A DNA stretch of 64,000 nt from Cyanobacteriota bacterium. GTDB taxonomy: Bacteria; Cyanobacteriota; Cyanobacteriia; PCC-6307; Cyanobiaceae. Location of the stretch: positions 21,565-85,564 of the forward strand of contig JAYKHC010000012.1 in NCBI GenBank assembly GCA_035285465.1. Reading direction: 5' to 3'. Below the pieces are notes generated by a model, which was not told the origin of the DNA, did not search any database, and saw nothing but the letters and a program-made list of their open reading frames with translations. The translations under genes were made by a program, and so were the position numbers. Positions 10,095-19,881 of this stretch are shown piece after piece; within the stretch, counting starts at the first letter, position 1; each line of letters starts with the position of its first letter.

Positions 10095-11732
10095 TCATCC
10101 GTTCGGCACCGGTCGCTCGAGGTGGCTCGCAGCACGGAGCCGGATCGCCTGCAGCTCCTCGGATGGCATTCTGTCAAGCTGCCGGATCATCAGGGCCATG
10201 CGCGGGTTGCCGCGCAACCGGTTGGCGTGACGAGCCAGGAAGTCCCAGTAGAGGACGTTGAAGGGGCAGGCCAGCTCGCCCGTACGCTGTTTCGGGTCAT
10301 AGCGGCAGGCCTTGCAGTAATTGCTCATCCGGTTGATGTAGCTGCCGCTCGCCGCATAGGGCTTGCTCGCCAACCGGCCGCCATCGGCGAACAGTCCCAT
10401 TCCCAGCACATTGGTCTGCATGACCCAGTCGAAACCGTCGATGAACATCCGGTGAAACCAGGCGGTGAAGGCCTGCGGATCCAGGCCCGCCAGCAATCCG
10501 TAGTTGGCAAGCACCATCAGTCGTTGAATGTGGTGGGCGTAGCCGCTGGAGTGGATCTCGCCGAGCACCGTGTCCAGACAGCTCATGCCGCACGGGCTCA
10601 GTTGCTCCAACCAGGAAGGCAAGGGCGAATGGGCATTGAAATGATTGAGCGTGGGATAGTCGGCCCCCAGCCAGTGGTAAAGACCGTGGGTGTATTCACG
10701 CCAGCCGAGAATCTGGCGCAGAACTCCCTCCAGGCTGGCCGGAGGCGTTCCTCGTTCCAGCCCGGCGCTTTCCAGCCTTCGGATCACTTCCCAGGGATGC
10801 AGCAGCCCGAGATTCAGATAAGGACTGAGCAGGGCATGCCAGAGGGTGCTCTGGCCGCGGACCATCGCATCCTGATAAGGCCCGAAACCATCAAGACGTG
10901 TCTGGATGAAGTGTTCAAGAACCTGTAGCGCCTGATCGCGATTCACCCCCCAACGGAAGGGTCGGCTGACTCCTGGCAGAGGAACCAGCCCGGAGGCCGT
11001 GCGCTGACGATCCAGGGCTTCCACCCTGTTGATCACCGCTTCGGTGATGGAATCGGGCTCAAACGAAAGCGGCTGCGGTGGCTGCAGATCTCTGGGTGGT
11101 GCCTTGCGGTTGTCGTGGTCGTAATTCCACTGACCTCCGAGCGGTTGATCGCCCTCCATCAGAACGTTGAACCGCTTGCGGCTTTCGCGGTAGAAGAACT
11201 CCATCCGCGGCTGCCTGTAGCGCTGTGCCCAGCAGGCAAAGGCGTCACGGCTCCACAGGAAGGCATTGGAGGGATGCCAGTGCACCTGGAGTGGGTTCTT
11301 GCTGGCCAGCTGTTGAACAGTTGCATGGATCTTGGCCCGGAAGGGACGATCTGCGGGCTCCATCAGATGCAGCTCGACAAGGCCGTGCCTGGACGTCCAG
11401 TGCTCGAGAGCGGTTGAGAAACTGCTCGTTTCGATCCGCTCCACTTGCCAGCCACAACGTTCAAGTTCGATCGCGAAATGGCGCATCGCACTCCACACCA
11501 GCACGAGTTTCTGCCTGTGGAAGGCCTGTCTGTTGAGAACGGAGCTGCTCTCGATCAGCAGCACCCGGCAGCTGTGGCGTGCCCTGGCGGAGCCCAGGCG
11601 GTCTTCCAGCGCCTGCAGTGCCGGGTGGCGGATGTTGAGCTGGTCTCCCAGGATCCAGACCCCATACACCTCTGGATCGCAGGAGTCACCCTGCCGCTGC
11701 TCCGGATCAGCTCTGGGATGGTGGTCGGTCAA
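10095..11732 (-). CDS. Cryptochrome/photolyase-family protein, FeS-BCP / (6-4) photolyase-like (COG3046 type)
   Basis: 545 aa. N-terminal VWILGDQLN photolyase-related domain, and the C-terminal Cys set (...CGMSCLDTVL..., NYCKACRYDPKQRTGELACPFNVLYWDF) characteristic of iron-sulfur bacterial cryptochrome/photolyases (PhrB/CryB type). Confidence 0.8.
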   Translation of the reverse strand: MTDHHPRADPEQRQGDSCDPEVYGVWILGDQLNIRHPALQALEDRLGSARARHSCRVLLIESSSVLNRQAFHRQKLVLVWSAMRHFAIELERCGWQVERIETSSFSTALEHWTSRHGLVELHLMEPADRPFRAKIHATVQQLASKNPLQVHWHPSNAFLWSRDAFACWAQRYRQPRMEFFYRESRKRFNVLMEGDQPLGGQWNYDHDNRKAPPRDLQPPQPLSFEPDSITEAVINRVEALDRQRTASGLVPLPGVSRPFRWGVNRDQALQVLEHFIQTRLDGFGPYQDAMVRGQSTLWHALLSPYLNLGLLHPWEVIRRLESAGLERGTPPASLEGVLRQILGWREYTHGLYHWLGADYPTLNHFNAHSPLPSWLEQLSPCGMSCLDTVLGEIHSSGYAHHIQRLMVLANYGLLAGLDPQAFTAWFHRMFIDGFDWVMQTNVLGMGLFADGGRLASKPYAASGSYINRMSNYCKACRYDPKQRTGELACPFNVLYWDFLARHANRLRGNPRMALMIRQLDRMPSEELQAIRLRAASHLERPVPNG

Positions 11733-11787
11733 CTCAGCCTGTGGTTTCGTCCGATCCTGGCTGAGCGTGCATCGGGGCCGTCAATCC

Positions 11788-12090
11788 TCAACCCTGAGCA
11801 TCTGCTTCGGGCATTCGGGCCAGTCGGCAGGCTCGTCGTGCCAGAGCCAGGGCATAGCCCCGCGCAACCGGGCCCAGCTCGGGACTCAGCGTGCCGGTGC
11901 GACAGTCGACCACAAGGCGCTCATGGTTGCCCATCTGATCAGCCGCCCGCAGACGCAGCTGCCAGTGATGCTTGGCGCTTCGTTGGATGTTGTCCGCGCA
12001 GACCGGGCCGACACACAGGCCGGGGCCGGCCTGTGCGGGCGGAACCCACGTCAGCAGGATGGCCATCAGGACGGCGATGATCCGAATCAC
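11788..12090 (-). CDS. Small secreted Cys-containing hypothetical protein
   Basis: 100 aa. GTG start overlaps the uvrC stop (GTGA). Signal-peptide-like [21 protein letters not shown], four Cys residues, GC-rich third codon positions. Confidence 0.5.
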   Translation of the reverse strand: MIRIIAVLMAILLTWVPPAQAGPGLCVGPVCADNIQRSAKHHWQLRLRAADQMGNHERLVVDCRTGTLSPELGPVARGYALALARRACRLARMPEADAQG

Positions 12091-14084
12091 CCGACCAGGT
12101 CGAGGGCCGCTTCATTGTCAGCTTCGGCCGGACACTCGGCTGGTTCCATCGTTGAAGGGTGAAAGTAATCCCAGACCACCCTGGCGAGGCCGGCTCCCAT
12201 GCCGGGTGCCTGGGCCAGAGTTTCCGGACTGGCCAGCTGAATCGCATCGATGGAGCGGAAGTGGGCGAGAAGGTCGCGGATGCGCTTGGGTCCCAGGCCC
12301 GGAATGTCTGAGAGGCGCGAACGCTTCATTCGCAGCCCACGCTGCTGACGGTGAAAACTCACAGCGAAGCGGTGCGCTTCATCGCGGAGTCGACGCAGCA
12401 GCTGCACCCCCAGCTGATCGGGCTCACTCTCCAGCGGAGTTCCAGCGCCAGGCAGAAAAACCTCCTCCCGCTGCTTGGCCAGCGAACAGACCACCAGATC
12501 CTCATGAAGATCGAGCTCCCGCAGGGCTTCCATCACAGCCGTGAGTTGCCCTTTGCCACCATCGATCATCACCACATCCGGCCAGTCATTGAGGCCATCG
12601 GTGTGCAGGGCAGATCCGGACAGACGACGCAGCTCTCTGAGATCCGTACCGGCTGCCTTCGCCTGGCTCCAACGACGAAAACGTCGCCGCATGATTTCCG
12701 CCATCGCCATGAAGTCGTCTGAATGTCCGGCCTGGATGGAACGGCTTCTGATCTTGTAGTTCCGGTAGTGCTGTTTTGCTGGTAAGCCGTCGATGAACAC
12801 CACCTGGGAAGCCACGGCATCACTTCCCTGGATGTGGCTGATATCAAAGCCTTCAATCCGCCTGGGAGGAGTCGAGAGGTCGAGCAGCTGGGCCAGATCC
12901 TCTGTGGCCAGGAGGTTCTGCTCACTGGCGCGTTGCGCGCGTTGCAACTCATAGCTGGCGTTTCGCACCACGAGTTCAATCAGATCAGCTTTCTGCTGTC
13001 TCTGCGGAACCGCGATTCTCACGCGACGGCCCCGGAGTTCCGTGAGCCACTCCTCAATCAGCGTCTGCTGGGGGAGGGTCTGCTGAACCAGCAGCTCAAC
13101 GGGGATCTCCACGGGCTCCACCTGGCTGTAGTGCTCCTCAATCACCGTCTGCAGCACCCGGGCGGGTTCGGCATCCACGGCATCTGCTGTGTAACCGAGC
13201 CTTCCCACCAATTTGCCGGCACGAATCTGAAACAGCTGCACAGCGGCCAGCCGTTGATCAGCTGCAAGGGCAAGCACATCACGGTTGACAGAGCTATCGC
13301 CTGTGCTCATTTTCTGATCCGCTGTGAGCGTATCGATTCCCTGAATCTGATCCCTGAGACGTGCCGCATTTTCATAATCCAGTCGTTGGGCATAGCGGTC
13401 CATCTGCTCACTGAGCATTCGCAGCAGCTCGTCATTGCGCCCCTGAAACACCATGGCGACCTGTCTCAACGTCTGGTGATAGTCTTCTGAACTGATTTTC
13501 TGTTGACAAACACCTGGACAGCGTCCGATGTCGTAGTTCAGGCAGGGGCGGTCGCGGTACAACGGCTGGGGCCTCTGACGCAAGGGGAACACGCGTTTGA
13601 CAAGGCTGAGGGTGCGCCGCAGCAGCCCGACATCCACGTAGGGGCCATAGAAACGGTCTGATGGAGAACGAAAGCGACGTCGCCTGGTGATGAAGATCCT
13701 CGGGTAGGGTTCACTCCAGGTAATGCACAAGTAAGGATATTTCTTGTCATCCTTCAGAAGAATATTGAAATGAGGTTGGTGGTTCTTGATCAGATTGGAT
13801 TCCAGGGCCAGCGCTTCGGCTTCGCTGTCGGTAACAATCACCTCGATCTCACAGATCTGGCGAACCATCAGCCCGATCCGAGGACTGTGGCCATGGCCTC
13901 GGCCCGTCTGGAAATAGCTGCGAACACGCTGACGCAGCACCTTGGCTTTACCGATGTAGAGAATCCGATCCTCGCCATCGCGCATCAGGTAGCAACCGGA
14001 TTCGGCCGGCAGCTCCCGAAGCCGCTGCTTCAGATGATCAGGACGCTGAATCAGCGGAGTATCGGCCGCCTGGGACTCACGCAA
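12087..14084 (-). CDS. uvrC: Excinuclease ABC subunit C
   Basis: 665 aa. GIY-YIG nuclease motif ([28 protein letters not shown]), UvrC central and RNase-H-like region, and C-terminal (HhH)2 ([29 protein letters not shown]). Confidence 0.95.
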   Translation of the reverse strand: MRESQAADTPLIQRPDHLKQRLRELPAESGCYLMRDGEDRILYIGKAKVLRQRVRSYFQTGRGHGHSPRIGLMVRQICEIEVIVTDSEAEALALESNLIKNHQPHFNILLKDDKKYPYLCITWSEPYPRIFITRRRRFRSPSDRFYGPYVDVGLLRRTLSLVKRVFPLRQRPQPLYRDRPCLNYDIGRCPGVCQQKISSEDYHQTLRQVAMVFQGRNDELLRMLSEQMDRYAQRLDYENAARLRDQIQGIDTLTADQKMSTGDSSVNRDVLALAADQRLAAVQLFQIRAGKLVGRLGYTADAVDAEPARVLQTVIEEHYSQVEPVEIPVELLVQQTLPQQTLIEEWLTELRGRRVRIAVPQRQQKADLIELVVRNASYELQRAQRASEQNLLATEDLAQLLDLSTPPRRIEGFDISHIQGSDAVASQVVFIDGLPAKQHYRNYKIRSRSIQAGHSDDFMAMAEIMRRRFRRWSQAKAAGTDLRELRRLSGSALHTDGLNDWPDVVMIDGGKGQLTAVMEALRELDLHEDLVVCSLAKQREEVFLPGAGTPLESEPDQLGVQLLRRLRDEAHRFAVSFHRQQRGLRMKRSRLSDIPGLGPKRIRDLLAHFRSIDAIQLASPETLAQAPGMGAGLARVVWDYFHPSTMEPAECPAEADNEAALDLVG

Positions 14085-14096
14085 GAACCGCTGACC

Positions 14097-14573
14097 TCAA
14101 CCGCCGTAATTCCAGCCCGTGCTGCTCAGTTCCAGTGCTGGAGCATCCTTGAGCAGGGTTGCACTTTTCACCTCGGCCACAAAGACCGTGTGATCGCCGG
14201 CGGCGACCTCCCCCACCACGGCACATTCGACACCTCCAAGGGCATTGTCGAGAATGGGGAGGCCGAATTCACCCAGGTGGAAGGGGGCCGCTTCAAAGCG
14301 GCCTCCAACCCCTTGCTGGGGCTTGAAGAACACCGCGGCCAGATCCTTCTGATCCGCGGACAGCACATTCAGTGAAAACTGGCCGGTGCGCTGGATCATT
14401 CCGTTGCTGGTGCTGTCGGAGCGAACAGCCACCACCACCAGCGGGGGCTCGAACGATCCCTGGGTGACCCAGCTGGCTGTGAAGCCATTGACAACGCCGC
14501 CCTCAGCCACGCCGCAGATGAACAGGCCATGGGGGATCTTGCGCAACAGGGTTTTCTTGGCAGCGAGATCCAT
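14097..14573 (-). CDS. Flavin reductase-like domain protein
   Basis: 158 aa. HGLFICGV...[22 protein letters not shown] fits the FMN-binding split-barrel flavin reductase family. Lies immediately upstream of uvrC on the same strand. Confidence 0.75.
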   Translation of the reverse strand: MDLAAKKTLLRKIPHGLFICGVAEGGVVNGFTASWVTQGSFEPPLVVVAVRSDSTSNGMIQRTGQFSLNVLSADQKDLAAVFFKPQQGVGGRFEAAPFHLGEFGLPILDNALGGVECAVVGEVAAGDHTVFVAEVKSATLLKDAPALELSSTGWNYGG

Positions 14574-14641
14574 GGGCAGAGCGAAGGTGCAGGCGCCCGG
14601 CCAGTGTAAGAAGGAGAGGTGCCCTCACACCCCATTGGCCG

Positions 14642-15163
14642 ATGCCGATGCGTGCCCTCTACCCCGGTTCCTTCGATCCACTCACGCTCGGCCACCTGGA
14701 TCTGATCGAAAGGGGTTCACGGCTCTTTGATGGGCTGATGGTGGGCGTGCTTCAGAACACCAACAAGCGGGCTGCCTTTCCTCTGGAGCTCCGGATCCAG
14801 CAGATCCGAGCAGCCACGGCTCATCTCGATGGGGTGGAAGTGGAGAGCTTTGATGGCCTCACCGTGGATTTCGCGCAGAAATGCGGATCTGCAGTGATTC
14901 TGAGAGGGTTGCGGGCGTTGAGTGATTTTGAGTACGAGCTGCAGATCGCCCACACCAACAAAACCCTTGCGGCCGGGGTTGAAACGCTGTTCCTGGCCAC
15001 GGCGGTTCACCACAGTTTCCTGAGCAGTTCAGTGGTCAAGGAGGTCGCCCGCTTCGGTGGGGATGTCCGCCACATGGTGCCGTTGGGTGTGGCCAGAGAC
15101 CTGGCCAGGCTCTTTAATCACGAGGACGCACCTCTTCCTTCGCCGTCATCCGCCCATGGCTGA
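14642..15163 (+). CDS. coaD: Phosphopantetheine adenylyltransferase
   Basis: [23 protein letters not shown] carries the PPAT nucleotidyltransferase motif. ATG 14648 is an equally plausible start. Confidence 0.9.
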   Translation: MPMRALYPGSFDPLTLGHLDLIERGSRLFDGLMVGVLQNTNKRAAFPLELRIQQIRAATAHLDGVEVESFDGLTVDFAQKCGSAVILRGLRALSDFEYELQIAHTNKTLAAGVETLFLATAVHHSFLSSSVVKEVARFGGDVRHMVPLGVARDLARLFNHEDAPLPSPSSAHG

Positions 15164-16076
15164 TCCCAAGATCAACGTCCTCGAGCAGATCGATCAGCTT
15201 GAGGAGATCGTTCTGGAAGGCAGCCGAATCCCCTTCAGTGGGGGAAGGCTGGTGAACGAACAGGATGCTGTGGAGGTGATGGATGCGCTCCGGGAGGCCA
15301 TCCCACCGGAGATCGCTCAAGCGGTGGAGCTGATCCGCCAACGGGAGGAGTACATCTCCAAGGCCCGCAGCCAGGCTGACGAGATCGTGAACCAGGGCCG
15401 TCAGCAGCGTGAGCAGCTGATCAACTCAGCTTCGATCCGCCAGGAAGCCGAACGGCACGTGGCCGAGATGCGCGAGCAGGCCAGGCAGCAGTGTGAACAA
15501 CTGCTCCAGCAGGCTCGACAACAGGTGGCTCAGGCTGAACAGGAGTTTCAGGGTCGACAGGCCCAGCAGGAGCAACAATTCGCTTCCCGTCGTCAACAGC
15601 TGGAGCAGGAGGCCGCGGAACGCAACCGACTCCTGCTCGAGCAGCACGAACGCAACCGGCAACAGGCGATGGCGGAACTTGAACAGATTCGCCAGGAGGG
15701 GCTGCGAATCCAGAGAGAAAGCCAGGCGGAGGCCGAACGTCTTCAGAACGATGCGATGCAGTTCCGCCAGCAGACCCAGCATCAGTGCGATGCCCTCGTC
15801 TCACGCAGCCGCCAGGAGGCCGGCACCATCCAGGACGGTGCCAATCACTATGCCGAGCAGGTGCTCAGTGAGCTGGAGGGTCGTCTTCAGGAACTCAGCA
15901 AGGTGGTGCTCGGGGGGCGGCACGAGCTGGGTCGGATGATGGCCAGCCAGATCACAGCGGCTGACCGGGCGCTCCAGGCCGGCTCCAGACCGGCTGCCGC
16001 CGAACCTGAGAGCCGGCGGTCCACCAGCAGACGGCTGACCAGCCGTCTGCGTCGGGTCAAGGAGGGCCTGGGTTGA
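15156..16076 (+). CDS. Conserved-looking coiled-coil protein (Q/E/R-rich), function unknown
   Basis: The track ORF starts at 15057. I prefer in-frame ATG 15156 ([33 protein letters not shown]...), which overlaps the coaD stop by 8 nt. The remainder is a long heptad-like Q/E/R repeat region. Confidence 0.6.
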   Translation: MADPKINVLEQIDQLEEIVLEGSRIPFSGGRLVNEQDAVEVMDALREAIPPEIAQAVELIRQREEYISKARSQADEIVNQGRQQREQLINSASIRQEAERHVAEMREQARQQCEQLLQQARQQVAQAEQEFQGRQAQQEQQFASRRQQLEQEAAERNRLLLEQHERNRQQAMAELEQIRQEGLRIQRESQAEAERLQNDAMQFRQQTQHQCDALVSRSRQEAGTIQDGANHYAEQVLSELEGRLQELSKVVLGGRHELGRMMASQITAADRALQAGSRPAAAEPESRRSTSRRLTSRLRRVKEGLG

Positions 16077-16106
16077 GTCGAACGCCTCCTGCCGGCAGCC
16101 TCGTCG

Positions 16107-17414
16107 TCAGATCGTCCGACTCGGGCAGAGGGAAGTGTTGAGCACCTGAGTCACCAACTGGCCGATGGTGCTGTTGGGTGCCATGGCTCCGTTGCTGATC
16201 GCGCTGATATGGCGAAGGCCATCGTTCGTGGACAGCGTGCCGCTGATCGCCCGAACCCCCGTGAGCGTACCGGTCTTGGCGTAGAACCTCCCCTCGACCG
16301 GGGTTCCCACATAGAGATTCCGCAGAGTGCCCCGCCTTCCCGCAATGGCCATGGAGGCGAGGTACTGGCTGGCATAGGGATGCTGATTCATCCGCAGCAA
16401 CAGCGCCGCAAGGAATCGGCTGGTGAGTCGATTGCCCCGATCAAGACCGCTGCCATCGGCGATGATCACACCCTCCATCGGCAGACCCTGCTCCGTCAGC
16501 CAGCGGCTGACACGTTGACGGGCCTGGTTCAGATCCCAGGTTCCAGCAGCCTGACGCAGCAACACCTCAGCGGTGAAGTTGTGGCTTTCGGTGTTGGCCA
16601 GACTCAGCAGGTTGTGCATCGGCGCGGACGGTTCCTCATGGATCAGCGCCGCATCGCCGGGCAGTGGGCTTGTTGCCGCCACCAGGCTGAGCTGGGCCTG
16701 ACCTCCCTGCTGTTGAAGAGCCTTGTTCAGCAGGCTGCGGAGACGGTCCGGCGGATTGGAAACCGCCGACTGAATGGCGTTGCTGGTCAGGGCCAGACGC
16801 GTGATCGGAGCGCCGTAGGCATAGAACCGATCGTCTGGCTCCCATCCCGTCGGCCACCAGGCCCGGGCCGGTTCCTCCGCCAACTGCACTCGAACCAGCG
16901 AACCGGGCGTGGCTCCCGGTTCGGCGGAACGGCTTCTGGCCATCGCCAGTTTCACAAACCGCTGGAGCTGGGGCAGGGCCAGATCGGGATCACCCTCTCC
17001 CGTGAGCCGGAAGCTGCCATCTGACAGCCGCCACATCTGGGTTCTCAACCGATAGTCCGGCCCAAGCTGATCCAGGGCATAGGCCGTGCTCACCAGCTTC
17101 TGATTGGATGCCGGCACCCGGCTTCGAGCTCCGTTCAGATCGGCCAGGACGCGTCCCTGGGCATCCGCCACCGTGATGCTCCAGACGGAAGCCTCACCGC
17201 CGACAATCCGCTGAACACGGTTCTGAAGCAGCGGACAGCTCACCTGCGCCTGGAGCATGGGCAGACCCACCGGCGGCGGAGCCTCGGGCAGGGCAACCAG
17301 AGGGATTTCCGTCGGCGGAGCGTCCGTCTGGGCAGGGGTAGCCCCGGCGGCCCGGGGAGGAACGGTGGAACCGACCAGGCCGGCCAGGATCAGACCGACT
17401 ACCAGCTTGGACAT
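16107..17414 (-). CDS. dacB: D-alanyl-D-alanine carboxypeptidase/endopeptidase (PBP4, peptidase S13)
   Basis: 435 aa with a signal peptide (MSKLVVGLILAGLVGS...). SxxK active-site motif in VPASNQKLVSTAYAL, and PBP4-like C-terminal region (YAKTGTLTGVRAISG = KTG motif). Confidence 0.85.
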   Translation of the reverse strand: MSKLVVGLILAGLVGSTVPPRAAGATPAQTDAPPTEIPLVALPEAPPPVGLPMLQAQVSCPLLQNRVQRIVGGEASVWSITVADAQGRVLADLNGARSRVPASNQKLVSTAYALDQLGPDYRLRTQMWRLSDGSFRLTGEGDPDLALPQLQRFVKLAMARSRSAEPGATPGSLVRVQLAEEPARAWWPTGWEPDDRFYAYGAPITRLALTSNAIQSAVSNPPDRLRSLLNKALQQQGGQAQLSLVAATSPLPGDAALIHEEPSAPMHNLLSLANTESHNFTAEVLLRQAAGTWDLNQARQRVSRWLTEQGLPMEGVIIADGSGLDRGNRLTSRFLAALLLRMNQHPYASQYLASMAIAGRRGTLRNLYVGTPVEGRFYAKTGTLTGVRAISGTLSTNDGLRHISAISNGAMAPNSTIGQLVTQVLNTSLCPSRTI

Positions 17415-17418
17415 CGGA

Positions 17419-17949
17419 TCAGGCTCCGACCTGAAGGCCGGTGACGGTTCCCGTCACCCGGAAGTTCCTGCCTTCCAGTTCGACCGGGGCCCCGATCTTG
17501 AGACTCTGATTGCCGAAGACCACTCCTCCACCGGTTCTGCGGCCCTGGCCAGCCAGCTCAAAGCGCGCGTCGAGCGTGCTGAAGAACTGCTGATTGGGAT
17601 CGGGGGCCGTGATCACGCGACCATCAGGTTGGAGTGCCACCAGCTGACGTTGCAAGGGTCTGACCGCTCTGACGCGCACGGATCCATGGGGCTGGTTCCT
17701 GATCACCATCGAAACCGAACCGGAGTCATCCACCGCCCTGATCAGGGCCGCTGGATCGGCCACCGGGACGCCACGAACGTCGACCAGGACGGTGACCGGG
17801 CTGAGCTGGCCCGTGGCGCTGGCCACCGAATTGCTGAGCTTGGGGCTCCAGACAACCCCGGCTGCCGCGAGCAGGACAGCTGCGGCAGCCCCGATGTCAA
17901 CAGGTCCCCAGCGATGTCCCGACTCGGATGATCCAGGCTTCGTCACCAT
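17419..17949 (-). CDS. Membrane-anchored conserved hypothetical protein (possibly DUF4330 family)
   Basis: 176 aa, with a single N-terminal TM (VDIGAAAAVLLAAAGVVW) followed by a beta-rich domain. The family assignment is from memory only. Ends 4 nt before the dacB start. Confidence 0.5.
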   Translation of the reverse strand: MVTKPGSSESGHRWGPVDIGAAAAVLLAAAGVVWSPKLSNSVASATGQLSPVTVLVDVRGVPVADPAALIRAVDDSGSVSMVIRNQPHGSVRVRAVRPLQRQLVALQPDGRVITAPDPNQQFFSTLDARFELAGQGRRTGGGVVFGNQSLKIGAPVELEGRNFRVTGTVTGLQVGA

Positions 17950-18002
17950 CGGAACGGCTCGGCTCGGCGAAGTGTACGGAGCAAGGCCCCGGGAAGCCAG
18001 GT

Positions 18003-18710
18003 TCAGCTCCGCAAGCCTTCGATGAAGGCATCGATCGCCCCCAGGTTGTCGCCCCCTGCGGCTCCGTTCAGAGCCAGCAGCTGCTGTTCAGGATCCGGCT
18101 TCCGTTCGAAATCAGCCACACGCCGGAAACCATCGGGATCCTCCCTGTAAATCTCCCAACGGTCCGGGTAGGCCCGGCGCAGTGCCCCTGCTGCCAGAGG
18201 CTGCACCAGGTAGGCGGTCTGCCAGCGGGCCAGAAACCCACGCCGACGTTCTCTGCCGACGCTGCCGATCCCGATCGCAGCATCCTCCAGTCGGCCATTG
18301 ATCATCACCAGGCCACCCTGATGCCGCTGACTGATCGCCTCAAACGCTTCGTAGTCAGCGGCTGCTGGTGCCACCGCCAGGATCAGAGCCGGCTCTGAGG
18401 GCGTCGGCTGACGTCTCAGCAGTTCAGCCATGTCGAAGATGGTGGCATCCTGATCCGTCGATTCCCGACGAGCCAGAGCTGCGGCTCCGGCGTCCGGAAA
18501 CAGCAACTGAACCGTTCGTCCTTCGGCGGTCAGGGCGGTGCGGAGCCGCAGCACGGGAGCCAGCAGCCGCAACCCCTCGAACCGCCATTCCAGAGTCCAG
18601 CGCCCGTTCGGTTCAGCGTTCAGGGCCGAGCGAAGCGCCTGCAGAGCCTGCGCCTCGGCGGCGCGGAGATCAGCCGGAAGCATGCGCTCACTGCGTGACA
18701 CTCCATTCAA
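18003..18710 (-). CDS. Conserved hypothetical protein (possibly DUF1995-like)
   Basis: 235-aa ORF with GC-rich third positions. ATG 18683 (MLPADLRAAE...) is an alternative start that removes the 23-nt overlap with the upstream desulfurase gene. No motif I can assign with certainty. Confidence 0.45.
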   Translation of the reverse strand: MNGVSRSERMLPADLRAAEAQALQALRSALNAEPNGRWTLEWRFEGLRLLAPVLRLRTALTAEGRTVQLLFPDAGAAALARRESTDQDATIFDMAELLRRQPTPSEPALILAVAPAAADYEAFEAISQRHQGGLVMINGRLEDAAIGIGSVGRERRRGFLARWQTAYLVQPLAAGALRRAYPDRWEIYREDPDGFRRVADFERKPDPEQQLLALNGAAGGDNLGAIDAFIEGLRS

Positions 18711-19878
18711 CCCGTCGGACCGCCTCCATCAGGGCCTGGGGTACCCGGTTCAGATCTGCGGCTGTGATCCAGGGCCCCAGGCTCAGCCGCAGGCCGCTGG
18801 CGGCCTCGCGAGGGCTGTATCCCAGTGCCAGCAGCAAGGGGCTGGCGCCGCTACCGCGGCTGCTGCAGGCGGTGCCGCTGCTGGTCCACAGGCCTTGCCG
18901 ATCGAGTTCACGAACCAGGTCCCGACCATTGAGCGGTGTCCCACTCGCGGTGCTCACCACCAGGCTGAGATGGTGTGGCAGACGCGTCCAGGGATCCAGG
19001 CGAGGGTCGGGACCGCTGAGGCGGATGCCAGGCAGACTGAGGGTCGCCTCGAGGAGCTGATCACGAACCGCGGCGGTCGGGTCAACGCCGGCCGGTGTGA
19101 GGCGATCGACGGCCTGCTGAAGGGCGGCCGCCAGGCCGGCCACCAGGGCAACCGGCTCCGTACCGGCGCGCAGCCCACCTTCCTGAGCTCCTCCACCGAT
19201 CAGGGGTTCGAGCGGCCGCTTCGCAGCCACCAGCAGCAGGCCCACTCCGCGGGGCCCCTGGTGCTTATGAGCTGATCCGCTCAGCAGATCAACCGGCAGC
19301 TCATCGAAGCGGATCCGGCCATGCCCGAGAACCTGCACAGCGTCCACATGCAGGGGCACGTCGCATTGCCGGCAGAGCTCACCGATGGCCCGGATCGGCT
19401 GCATCGAACCCACTTCGCTCTGGCCCCAGATCACAGAGACCAACCGGGTCGGCGGCTCCAGCAGAGCTTCCAGCGCCGCCAGATTCAGGAGGCCCTGGCG
19501 GTTGACGGGGATCTTCTCCACCTGCCAGCCACGCTGCTCAAGCTGCCTGGCTGCAGCCAGGCAGGCGGGGTGCTCCACCGCTGAAATCAACAGCCTGCGG
19601 GTGCGGTGCCGGGCTTCGATCGCAGGGGCGCTGCCCAGAAGGGCCAGATGAATCGACTCCGTTCCACCGGAGGTGAACACGATGCGTCCCTGGCGGCAAC
19701 CCAGCAGCGAGCCGACCTGCTGTCGCGCTCGCTCGAGAACATCAGCAGCCTGCAGACCCGCCCCGTGAAGGCTGGAGGGGTTGGCCCAGGCATCGCGATG
19801 AACCGCAGCCATCGCCTCGACAGCCACCGGCGCCGGCGGAGTGGTTGCGCAGGCATCGAGATACAGACCGGCCGGCAC
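18688..19878 (-). CDS. Cysteine desulfurase family protein (class V aminotransferase, NifS/IscS-like)
   Basis: 396 aa. LYLDACATTP N-terminus, PLP-lysine region SGSAHKHQGPRGVGLL and C-terminal SSGTACSS active-site Cys loop. Confidence 0.85.
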   Translation of the reverse strand: MPAGLYLDACATTPPAPVAVEAMAAVHRDAWANPSSLHGAGLQAADVLERARQQVGSLLGCRQGRIVFTSGGTESIHLALLGSAPAIEARHRTRRLLISAVEHPACLAAARQLEQRGWQVEKIPVNRQGLLNLAALEALLEPPTRLVSVIWGQSEVGSMQPIRAIGELCRQCDVPLHVDAVQVLGHGRIRFDELPVDLLSGSAHKHQGPRGVGLLLVAAKRPLEPLIGGGAQEGGLRAGTEPVALVAGLAAALQQAVDRLTPAGVDPTAAVRDQLLEATLSLPGIRLSGPDPRLDPWTRLPHHLSLVVSTASGTPLNGRDLVRELDRQGLWTSSGTACSSRGSGASPLLLALGYSPREAASGLRLSLGPWITAADLNRVPQALMEAVRRVEWSVTQ

Positions 19879-19881
19879 AGC

